Assembly: GCF_042466455.1 (NCBI RefSeq)
Contig: NZ_JAXHCI010000002.1
Coordinates: 1,470,834 to 1,502,833 of the forward strand
DNA length: 32,000 nucleotides
Source of the DNA: Loktanella sp. R86503
GTDB taxonomy: Bacteria; Pseudomonadota; Alphaproteobacteria; Rhodobacterales; Rhodobacteraceae
Direction: 5' to 3'
In this document: positions 8,515 to 16,450 of the stretch, piece after piece
How the letters are laid out: every line of letters starts with the position of its first letter
Position numbering within the stretch: position 1 is the first letter of the stretch
Translations under genes and position numbers: made by a program
Notes under the pieces: generated by a model
What the model saw: the letters and a program-made list of their open reading frames with translations, nothing else
Database searches by the model: none
What the model was told of the DNA's origin: nothing

Positions 8515-11289
8515 TTACTGCGCCTTGGCGAGGTCGCGCAGCACGTAGTGCAGCACGCCGCCGTGTTCGATGTATTCGATCTCGATCGCGGTATCGATGC
8601 GGCATTTGATGTCGATGGTTTTGGTTGTGCCATCGGCCGTCGTGATATGCGCTTTCACCACTTCCAGCGGCTTGATTGTATCAAGGCCGTCAATGCTGAC
8701 GGTTTCTTCGCCAGTCAGGCCCAGTGTCTTGCGCGTATCGCCGTTCGTGAATTCGAACGGAATAACGCCCATGCCGACGAGGTTGGAACGGTGGATGCGT
8801 TCAAAGTTTTCGGCGATGACGGCTTTGACGCCCAGCAGGGCCGTGCCTTTTGCGGCCCAGTCACGCGAGGAACCTGCGCCGTACTGCTCGCCCGCAAAGA
8901 TGACCAGCGGCGTGCCGGTTTCCTCATAGGCCATGGCGGCGTCGAAGATCGAGGTCTGGTTGCCGTCGGGGCCTTTTGTGTATCCGCCTTCGACGCCGTC
9001 CAGCATTTCGTTCTTGATGCGGATATTGGCAAAGGTGCCACGCATCATGACTTCATGGTTGCCGCGGCGCGAGCCGTAGGAGTTGAATTCGCGCACGGGC
9101 ACCTGATGTTCCAGCAGGTACTGACCGGCCGGACTGGTTTCCTTGAACGAGCCGGCGGGGCTGATGTGGTCGGTCGTAACCATGTCGCCCAGAACGGCCA
9201 GAACCTTGGCGTCCTTGACGTTGTGGATCGTGCCTGCGTCCTTGGACATGCCTTTGAAGTAAGGCGGGTTCTGAACGTAGGTCGACTGGGGCGGCCAGTT
9301 GTAGGTTTCGCTGTCGACAACTTCGACAGCCTGCCACTTTTCGTCGCCTTTGAACACATCGGCATATTTCGACATGAAGGCTTCGCGGGTTACGGTTTTT
9401 TCGACCAGATCGGCGATTTCCTTTTGTGTCGGCCAGATGTCTTTCAGGAAGACATCGTTGCCATCCTTGTCCTGACCCAGCGCATCCTTGGTGATGTCGA
9501 CGTTCATGTCGCCGACCAGCGCATAGGCCACAACCAGCGGCGGGCTGGCCAGGTAGTTGGCGCGCACGTCCGGCGAAATGCGGCCTTCGAAGTTGCGGTT
9601 ACCGGACAGGACCGACACGCCGATCAGGTCGTAATCATTGATCGCCTTGCTGATTGCCGGCTCTAGGGGGCCGGAGTTGCCGATGCAGGTCGTGCAACCG
9701 TAGCCGACAAGGTGGAAGTCCAGCGCGTCCAGATCCTCTTGCAGGCCTGCGGCCTCCAGATACTCGGTCACAACCTGAGAGCCGGGCGCGAGAGAGGTTT
9801 TGACCCAAGGCTTGCGGGTCAGGCCAAGGGCGCGCGCCTTACGGGCCACAAGACCGGCACCGATCATCACGTAGGGGTTGGATGTGTTGGTACAGGAGGT
9901 GATCGAGGCGATCACGATCGAGCCGTCGTGCAGCTGGTAGTTGCCGTCGTCGGTCTGCACATAGCCCCGCTTGTGGTGCCCTTCGTCGCCGGGGATGTCG
10001 CGCGGTTCTGGCTGGCCGCCTTCACCTTCCCAGCGGATTTCTGCATTGGCAGAGGTATCCTTGCCTTCGCGGATTCCTTTGACGTACTGACCAAACGCCG
10101 TGCCGGCGATATCGAGGTTGATGTGGTCCTGCGGACGTTTAGGGCCAGAGATGGCGGGCACAACGGTGCCCATGTCCAGCTCCAGCGTGTCGGTGTAGAC
10201 CGGTGCGTAGTCGGCATCGCGCCAGAAGCCGTTCGCCTTGGCATAGGCTTCGACAAGAGCAATCCGGTCTTCGTCGCGGCCTGTCAGGCGCAGATATTTC
10301 AGGGTTTCGTCGTCGATAGGGAAGTAGCCGCAGGTTGCGCCGTATTCGGGGGCCATGTTGCCAATCGTGGCGCGGTCCGCCAGCGGCAGGTGATCAAGGC
10401 CGGGGCCGTAGAATTCGACGAACTTGCTGACCACGCCCTTTTCGCGCAGCAGCTCTACAACCTTCAGCACCAGGTCGGTGGCGGTGGTGCCTTCGGTCAT
10501 CTCTCCGGTCAGTTTGAAGCCGACGACTTCGGGGATCAGCATGGAAATCGGCTGGCCCAGCATCGCGGCTTCTGCCTCGATCCCGCCGACACCCCAGCCC
10601 AGAACGGCCAAACCGTTGACCATGGTCGTGTGGCTGTCGGTGCCGACAAGCGTATCGGGGTAGGCGACGGTTTCGCCGTTCTGGTCGGTATCGGTCCAGA
10701 CGGTCTGGGCCAGATATTCCAAGTTTACCTGGTGGCAGATGCCTGTGCCCGGCGGTACAACGCGGAAGTTGTTGAACGCGTTCTGGCCCCACTTCAGGAA
10801 CTGGTAACGTTCCATGTTGCGTTCGTATTCGCGGTCGACGTTCATCTGGAATGCGCGCGGGTTGCCAAATTCGTCGATCATCACCGAGTGGTCGATCACA
10901 AGATCGACAGGGGCCAGCGGATTGATCTGCTGGGCGTCGCCGCCCAATGCCACGATGCCGTCACGCATGGCCGCAAGGTCCACCACGGCGGGCACGCCGG
11001 TGAAGTCCTGCATCAGCACGCGGGCCGGACGATAGGCGATTTCGCGGGGGTTCTTGCCGCCCAGGGTGGCCCATTCGGCAAATGCCTTGATGTCATCTAC
11101 CGTGACGGTCTTGCCGTCCTCGAAACGCAGCATGTTTTCCAGCACGACCTTCAGCGCGGCAGGCAGCTTGCTGAAATCGCCTAGACCGGCCTGCGTGGCG
11201 GCGTCAATCGAATAGTAGGAGACCGACTGGTCGCCGACCGTCAGGGTCTTGCGGGTTTTTGCGGTATCAGTGCCGACTGTGACTGTCAT
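8515..11289 (-). CDS. acnA: Aconitate hydratase A
   Basis: 924 aa from MTVTVGTDTAK; VLMQDFTGVPAVVDLAAMRD, LVGTDSHTTMVNGL, SITSCTNTSNPYVMIGAG, GYGCTTCIGNSGPL, YGAGSSRDWAAKG. Confidence 0.98.
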   Translation of the reverse strand: MTVTVGTDTAKTRKTLTVGDQSVSYYSIDAATQAGLGDFSKLPAALKVVLENMLRFEDGKTVTVDDIKAFAEWATLGGKNPREIAYRPARVLMQDFTGVPAVVDLAAMRDGIVALGGDAQQINPLAPVDLVIDHSVMIDEFGNPRAFQMNVDREYERNMERYQFLKWGQNAFNNFRVVPPGTGICHQVNLEYLAQTVWTDTDQNGETVAYPDTLVGTDSHTTMVNGLAVLGWGVGGIEAEAAMLGQPISMLIPEVVGFKLTGEMTEGTTATDLVLKVVELLREKGVVSKFVEFYGPGLDHLPLADRATIGNMAPEYGATCGYFPIDDETLKYLRLTGRDEDRIALVEAYAKANGFWRDADYAPVYTDTLELDMGTVVPAISGPKRPQDHINLDIAGTAFGQYVKGIREGKDTSANAEIRWEGEGGQPEPRDIPGDEGHHKRGYVQTDDGNYQLHDGSIVIASITSCTNTSNPYVMIGAGLVARKARALGLTRKPWVKTSLAPGSQVVTEYLEAAGLQEDLDALDFHLVGYGCTTCIGNSGPLEPAISKAINDYDLIGVSVLSGNRNFEGRISPDVRANYLASPPLVVAYALVGDMNVDITKDALGQDKDGNDVFLKDIWPTQKEIADLVEKTVTREAFMSKYADVFKGDEKWQAVEVVDSETYNWPPQSTYVQNPPYFKGMSKDAGTIHNVKDAKVLAVLGDMVTTDHISPAGSFKETSPAGQYLLEHQVPVREFNSYGSRRGNHEVMMRGTFANIRIKNEMLDGVEGGYTKGPDGNQTSIFDAAMAYEETGTPLVIFAGEQYGAGSSRDWAAKGTALLGVKAVIAENFERIHRSNLVGMGVIPFEFTNGDTRKTLGLTGEETVSIDGLDTIKPLEVVKAHITTADGTTKTIDIKCRIDTAIEIEYIEHGGVLHYVLRDLAKAQ

Positions 11290-11374
11290 GGCTATCCCTT
11301 TGGGGTTGAGGACTGTGGCTTGCGCCACTTTTGCCCCAAGCCGCGCAGCCGTTCAAGGGGTTGTGGCGAAAAAA

Positions 11375-11392
11375 GGTATACAATTGTATACC
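11375..11392. promoter_or_regulatory. 18-bp perfect palindrome, candidate transcription-factor operator
   Basis: GGTATACAATTGTATACC lies in the divergent intergenic region between acnA (start 11289) and the DUF1223 gene (start 11519). Confidence 0.5.
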
Positions 11393-11518
11393 GGCTGGGC
11401 GCGTGACGGTTTATACCGCACATCGAGGGCCTTCACCGGATGTCGCAAATCCTTGATTGGTCATTACAATGTCTTTTTCATAAACGATAGAAACAGAAAT
11501 TTTGTGGAAAGTACCCTC

Positions 11519-12232
11519 ATGCGCCATGTCTTCGCCGCCTCTGTCATCGGAGCGATCTTTGCCGGAACCGGTCTGGCTGCGCAGGATCGGGGTATTCAGG
11601 ACTGGGGTACGGTGGTGGAGCTTTACACCTCTCAGGGTTGTTCAAGCTGCCCGCCTGCGGACCGGATCTTTGAACAGATTGCCGACCGCGATGATGTGAT
11701 CGCCCTGGCGCTGCATGTGGATTACTGGGACTATATCGGCTGGAAGGACGATCTGGGCAGCCCTGCCTTTACCGCCCGTCAGCGTGGATATGCCCGAGAA
11801 TGGCAGGCGCGAAATGTCTATACGCCGCAAATGGTTGTAGCAGGGGTCAAGGAACTGGTCGGCAGTCACCCGGTCAAGGCGATGGATGCGATTACCAGCC
11901 ATCCGGCCCAGAATAACCCCGTGCAGATGTCATTGAGCCGGACTGGCGATGTCGCAACTGTCAACGCCACGGCCGTCGGTGCCGTGCCGCCGCGCGCGCT
12001 GGTGCAGATTGTCCGCTATACGCCGCGCGTCACGCGCGACATCCACAAGGGCGAGAACGCGGGCAAAACCGTTATTTACCGCAACGTTGTCACCAGCTGG
12101 GTTGAGGCAGGCGAGTGGAACACTGGCCAACCCCTGTCGCTGAATGTGAATGTGACCGGCGATGCGCCAGTGGTCGCCATTATTCAGGACGGCCCGGCGG
12201 GTGCGATTCTGGGTGCGGTGCAGCTGCGTTAA
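11519..12232 (+). CDS. DUF1223 domain-containing secreted protein
   Basis: Signal peptide MRHVFAASVIGAIFAGTGLAAQ then VVELYTSQGCSSCPPADRIFEQIADRDDVIALALHVDYWDYIGWKD. Confidence 0.9.
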   Translation: MRHVFAASVIGAIFAGTGLAAQDRGIQDWGTVVELYTSQGCSSCPPADRIFEQIADRDDVIALALHVDYWDYIGWKDDLGSPAFTARQRGYAREWQARNVYTPQMVVAGVKELVGSHPVKAMDAITSHPAQNNPVQMSLSRTGDVATVNATAVGAVPPRALVQIVRYTPRVTRDIHKGENAGKTVIYRNVVTSWVEAGEWNTGQPLSLNVNVTGDAPVVAIIQDGPAGAILGAVQLR

Positions 12233-12236
12233 CGCC

Positions 12237-13184
12237 TTATTTCCAGCGGCGGTGCACCCAGAACCATTGTTCGGGGTGATCGGCGATCCGCGCCTCCAGC
12301 CGTTTTGTTGCCTCGGTCATCATTGTCAGCGGATCACTGTGGGCAATGGGCGATTCGACGACCACGTCAAAGGACAGGCCGTCGGGCTGGCGAATCCCGA
12401 AGTAGGGCACCAGCAAGGCGTCAAAGCGCAATGCCATTTCCGCGGCCGCCATGGATGTCAGCGCCGGACGATGCAGAAAGTCAATCGCGGGCGCACCGTA
12501 GACGTGAACGTCAAACAAAAGCGTGCCCATGCCGCCGGCCTTGATATGGCGGGCAAAACCCATCGTGCCGCGCTTGCCTTGAGCAAAGACGGGGCCACCC
12601 CAACTGGTCATCGTTTCGCGGTAGTGCGCATCAACATAGGCGTTCGCCATCGGGCGATAAAGTCCGCCGATGCGCGCGCCATCGCGGGTCAGGACGTGGC
12701 GGGGGGCTTCGAAGTTACCGAAATGGGCCGTCAGGAAAATGATCGGGCGGCCAGCAGCCATTGCCTTTTGCACCGCATCAACGCCGTCACCGCGCGGCAA
12801 GGTCTGTGACAGTTGCGCGGCAAAATCGCGGTTGGCATAGTTTTCCATCAAGGTGCGGCCGAAATTGTCCAGCACACGGGTGGCCAGATCGCGGCGGGCG
12901 GATGTGTCCATCTGGGGATAGGCATCTGCCAGGTTGACCATGGCGCGGCGCCGGTAGCCTGCCAGCGGACCAATAACGCGGGCGACAATTGCCCCCGTAC
13001 CGCGGACCCGCATGCGATAGGGCAGCAGGTTCATGCCGCCGATAAGGGCGCGCAGGACCAGATTTTGCAGCCATTGCGAACGGCTGCCGTCAGGCACTGC
13101 GACGGCTGCCGTGGTGTCGGTCTGGGCGATACCGGTCTGTCTGGCATCGGTCCGGGCGTTATCAGTCTGGGCGTTATCGGTCAT
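12237..13184 (-). CDS. Lysophospholipid / lipid A (LpxL/HtrB-like) acyltransferase family protein
   Basis: IIFLTAHFGNFEAPRHVLTRDG, GGLYRPMANAYVD, PEQWFWVHRRWK at the C-terminus. Confidence 0.9.
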   Translation of the reverse strand: MTDNAQTDNARTDARQTGIAQTDTTAAVAVPDGSRSQWLQNLVLRALIGGMNLLPYRMRVRGTGAIVARVIGPLAGYRRRAMVNLADAYPQMDTSARRDLATRVLDNFGRTLMENYANRDFAAQLSQTLPRGDGVDAVQKAMAAGRPIIFLTAHFGNFEAPRHVLTRDGARIGGLYRPMANAYVDAHYRETMTSWGGPVFAQGKRGTMGFARHIKAGGMGTLLFDVHVYGAPAIDFLHRPALTSMAAAEMALRFDALLVPYFGIRQPDGLSFDVVVESPIAHSDPLTMMTEATKRLEARIADHPEQWFWVHRRWK

Positions 13185-13258
13185 GGCAATCAGGTAGTGC
13201 CCTGCCGCGTCTTTGAAAAGCCCCGCATTTCACGCAGGCATGCGGGCAGGGGGTCTGA

Positions 13259-14332
13259 TCACTCTTCCGCGTCCGGGTCGATCAAGCTGATGGTGCCGTC
13301 GTCGGCCAGGGCGCGGATGGCGGTGCTGACCGCATTCATCGCGGCTTCACCGTCGACCGTTTTGGGTGTGCCGCGTTCGGCGGCTTCTTCTTTCATGCTG
13401 GCGGCCATACGCTGCGAAATGCAGTCGAGGATGAAATTTGCCGCTTCTTCCCTTTTGCCGCCGGTGCCGAGGGCAAAGGCCATGGCCGTCGCCAGATCGC
13501 CTGAATCAATGGCGCGGATGCAGTTGGGCATGTGAATTGGACGCACGCGGGCGGGAATGTCTTCAAAGGTAAAGATGGCTTTGCGCACATCCTTTGCGAA
13601 ATCGGCGTCGGATTCGTCAAGGCCCACCAGAACATCATCGCGGGTCAGCGCCGGGCTGGAGTTCAGGATGGCCCCAACCCGTTCGACAGGTGCCTTTTCA
13701 AAAGCGGTCAGGCGGGTGCGGCAATAGTCAGATACCAGCGCCTGCCCGATCCGTAGGACGGCATCGGGGGCTATGTCCGCCGTCTGGCGCACGGCAAAAG
13801 TAATGCGCCGGGCGCGTTCACCGGGCAATTTGCCCAGCACTTCCGCCGCGCGGGCGACAGGCAGTTTGGATAGCAGCACCGCACCGATCTGGATGCTTTC
13901 GTTTGACAGGATCTTGACCACTTCGTCAGTGGTCAGGTTTTGCAGCCGGATGAAAGGGTCGCGTCCTGTGCGATTATCCATCTGGTCGCGCAGTTTGTCG
14001 GCCAGATGCGGCGAAATTTGGCCAGATAACGCTTCGAGTGCGGCATCAACGTTGCCGGGGGCAGACAGGCCGATGGCATCCAGCAAATCGGCAAATTCGG
14101 TGGCCACTGCGTTGACCGTGTCCCGGTCAACCAGCCGGATCGCACCAAGTTCACGTGCTAGGTCTTCCTGCACATGATCGGGCATGGATGATAGGGCCAG
14201 TTTGTTGCCATCGCTGATCAGCAATTGCACGATCAGCGCCGCCTTGCGTTTACGTGACAAACGCAGCGTGCCGGATGCGCCGGGCGCACCCGCGGGTGCA
14301 GAATCAGAAAGGGGATGAAGGGCATTGAGCAT
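13259..14332 (-). CDS. fliG: Flagellar motor switch protein FliG-like
   Basis: RKRKAALIVQLLISDGNK N-terminus; middle domain FIRLQNLTTDEVVKILSNESIQIGAVLLSKLPVARAAEVLGKLP; C-terminal IFTFEDI...RAIDSGDLATAMAFAL...AIRALADDGTISL. Confidence 0.8.
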   Translation of the reverse strand: MLNALHPLSDSAPAGAPGASGTLRLSRKRKAALIVQLLISDGNKLALSSMPDHVQEDLARELGAIRLVDRDTVNAVATEFADLLDAIGLSAPGNVDAALEALSGQISPHLADKLRDQMDNRTGRDPFIRLQNLTTDEVVKILSNESIQIGAVLLSKLPVARAAEVLGKLPGERARRITFAVRQTADIAPDAVLRIGQALVSDYCRTRLTAFEKAPVERVGAILNSSPALTRDDVLVGLDESDADFAKDVRKAIFTFEDIPARVRPIHMPNCIRAIDSGDLATAMAFALGTGGKREEAANFILDCISQRMAASMKEEAAERGTPKTVDGEAAMNAVSTAIRALADDGTISLIDPDAEE

Positions 14333-14376
14333 GGCCCCACCTTACCGGCAGAGCGGTCAACGAATGGTAAACGCCC

Positions 14377-14922
14377 TTAGCCTTTGGCGTAGTTCACCGA
14401 CATGCCGCGCAGCGCTTCGATGGCGTCCGGCGACAAATCTTCTATGGATTTGGTCGCGTTGTGCAGTTCGGTCAGCACGCCGGCCAAATCCTGAATTTCG
14501 CCGTCGGTAAATTCGCGGTCTGCCCGCGCAAAGCTGCCAAAGCTGCGGCTGCCATCGGTTTCAAGCGCACAAACAACGCCGTAGTTCAGCCCGTGCTGTG
14601 CGGCCCGTTGCATGACCCGCGACGGATCATCCGTCAGATCGGACCAGCGGCAGCTGCCGTCATTGTTAAAGCCCCAGGATACGGTCGGATCGGCCATCAC
14701 CAAAGCGTGCAGAGAATAATAGGTCGTCCAGGCCTTTGGATAGGCCTGAAGCAGAAAGGTCGGAGTCGTATAACGGATGTGAAAGGCCAAGGCGTAGCCT
14801 GCAGGCGCAAGGCCTGATGCATCTTCAAGCCGCTTCATCATCTGCGCGATGTCCGACATTTTCATCATCCTGTGGCCCGGTCTTTCAGTTTCATTTACAG
14901 TAAAAAGCTGATTTGCTTTCAC
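14377..14922 (-). CDS. LuxR-type autoinducer-binding-domain protein lacking the C-terminal HTH domain
   Basis: GYALAFHIRYTT...PKAWTTYYSLHALVMADPTVSWGF...CRWSDL...AAQHGLNYGVV...FARADREFTDGEI; ends LSPDAIEALRGMSVNYAKG. Start could be 14868/14865/14859 (MMKMSDIAQ) rather than 14922. Confidence 0.85.
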   Translation of the reverse strand: MKANQLFTVNETERPGHRMMKMSDIAQMMKRLEDASGLAPAGYALAFHIRYTTPTFLLQAYPKAWTTYYSLHALVMADPTVSWGFNNDGSCRWSDLTDDPSRVMQRAAQHGLNYGVVCALETDGSRSFGSFARADREFTDGEIQDLAGVLTELHNATKSIEDLSPDAIEALRGMSVNYAKG

Positions 14923-14984
14923 TCTCGGGTGTCATACTATCCAAAAGTGTAATTCGCATCTCAACTATAAGGCGACGTTAACTG

Positions 14985-15593
14985 ATGGTCCGACAGATGA
15001 CGCCTCAGGACGTTCAACGTGTTTCGCCATCCGGACACTACATCGCGCTCCGTATCGGTTTTGCCTTCCCGATGGAAGAGATCAACGCGCTGCCGACAGA
15101 ATGGGTTGACCACTATACTAAAAATCGTCTGATGCTGTTCGACCCCGTCATGCGATGGGCCTATGCCAACACCGGCTTCAGGCGCTGGTCGGATATGCGC
15201 GGCGATGATCCTCATGGTGTTTTGACCATGGCCTCTGCCTTTGGGTTGCGTTTCGGCCTGACGGTTGCCGTCTTTGATGAAAACCTAGAAGGCCACCGCT
15301 CGTTTGCAAGTTTTATTCGCCCCGACCGCGAGTTCGAGGATCTGGAAGCGCGGCTGCTGGTGGCGTTTCTGACCCGCCGCCACCATGAAATGCTGCCGCC
15401 CACCAATCTGACCAATGCCGAGCTGGAGGCTTTGGCTATGGTCAAAGATGGCAAGCGGCTCAAGCAGATTGCGTTCGATCTGGGCGTTACCGAAGGGGCG
15501 GTCAAGCAGCGGCTGAAAAACGCAAAGGTCAAGCTGGGGGCCAATACCAGCACGCAGGCCGCAACGATGGCGCGGCAATTCAAGCTGATCTGA
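14985..15593 (+). CDS. LuxR family transcriptional regulator (autoinducer-binding plus HTH)
   Basis: Autoinducer domain PTEWVDHYTKNRLMLFDPVMRWAYANTGFRRWSDM; HTH LTNAELEALAMVKDGKRLKQIAFDLGVTEGAVKQRLKNAKVKLGA. Confidence 0.93.
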   Translation: MVRQMTPQDVQRVSPSGHYIALRIGFAFPMEEINALPTEWVDHYTKNRLMLFDPVMRWAYANTGFRRWSDMRGDDPHGVLTMASAFGLRFGLTVAVFDENLEGHRSFASFIRPDREFEDLEARLLVAFLTRRHHEMLPPTNLTNAELEALAMVKDGKRLKQIAFDLGVTEGAVKQRLKNAKVKLGANTSTQAATMARQFKLI

Positions 15594-15712
15594 CCTTTGC
15601 CAAGCCAGCGTTAATACTTTGTTAATAGCTGTAGCAATTACCCCTCTGGGGTGTGCGATCCAAAGGCTGTCCGCACTGCGGTTGAGACTCGTCCGGGCGT
15701 AATGACTAAAAA

Positions 15713-15737
15713 TGGATTCATCCTAAAGGAGAATCCA
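15713..15737 (+). promoter_or_regulatory. Potential hairpin occluding the luxI Shine-Dalgarno
   Basis: TGGATTC-A-TCC-TAAA-GGA-GAATCCA: 7-bp perfect arms plus 3-bp inner pairing; AAAGGAG lies in the loop and 3' arm, 2 nt before the ATG at 15740. Confidence 0.5.
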
Positions 15738-15739
15738 CC

Positions 15740-16390
15740 ATGGAAAACATTACCTTCAATCTGGCGACCCTTCACCGGCACGGCACTGCGTTTTACGATT
15801 TCCTGCGCCTGCGCAAACGGTTTTTCGTCGACACGCTTGGTTGGAACATCCCCCATGATGACCAGGTCGAGATGGATCAATACGACAATCCCAACGCCTG
15901 GTATTCACTGGTCATGCGCGATGGTGCCGTCATCGGCGGCGCGCGTGCGATGGCGACAACGGCGACCTGGGGCAGCCACAGCTATATGCTGCGCGATGCG
16001 GTGCATGGAAAGCTGATCGACATACCGCCGCAGGTGCTGGGGCAAGATATCGTCAGCGCGCAGACGTGGGAATGCACCCGGCTTGTCATGTCGGAAAGGG
16101 TTGAAACGCAGGCGGATCGCAGCGTCTGCCTGACCATGATCGTGCAGGGGCTGATCAACGTCGCGGCCGATCAGGGGGCGACGCAGCTGATGTCACTGTC
16201 GCCGCTGGCCCTGATGCGGGCGCTGCGGCAGCTGGGGTTCGGTGCGCAGCGGATCGGTGCGCCCTATACCAATGACAATGATGGCCGGCGCTATGCGGTG
16301 CTGTCGATGCCGGTGATCCATGGCATTGCCGCCATCCCGCGCGATGCGCGCCGGGCGCAGGCGCAGCCCGTGCATGCGCCGATCCGTTAA
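15740..16390 (+). CDS. Acyl-homoserine-lactone synthase (LuxI family)
   Basis: RLRKRFFVDTLGWNIPHDDQVEMDQYDNPNAWYSLVMRDGAVIGGARAM...WECTRLVMSERV: invariant R, F, W, E/D, D, R, E, R residues of LuxI synthases are present. Confidence 0.94.
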   Translation: MENITFNLATLHRHGTAFYDFLRLRKRFFVDTLGWNIPHDDQVEMDQYDNPNAWYSLVMRDGAVIGGARAMATTATWGSHSYMLRDAVHGKLIDIPPQVLGQDIVSAQTWECTRLVMSERVETQADRSVCLTMIVQGLINVAADQGATQLMSLSPLALMRALRQLGFGAQRIGAPYTNDNDGRRYAVLSMPVIHGIAAIPRDARRAQAQPVHAPIR

Positions 16391-16393
16391 CGC

Positions 16394-16431
16394 AATATGG
16401 CCGGGCGCTGTCTTGCAGGCCCGGCCATATT
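16394..16431. terminator. Bidirectional terminator between luxI-type gene and purB
   Basis: Perfect 13-bp stem AATATGGCCGGGC / GCCCGGCCATATT, followed by TTT on the plus strand; converging genes on either side. Confidence 0.75.
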
Positions 16432-16450
16432 TTCACGCCGTCAGGGGCGA

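Noticed and set aside
9712-11184. 490-aa plus-strand ORF opposite acnA (and 8548..9666)
   Set aside because: Shadow ORF of a high-GC gene; acnA on the minus strand has full family motifs, while this translation has no recognisable domain and is Gly/Val/His-rich composition typical of antisense frames.
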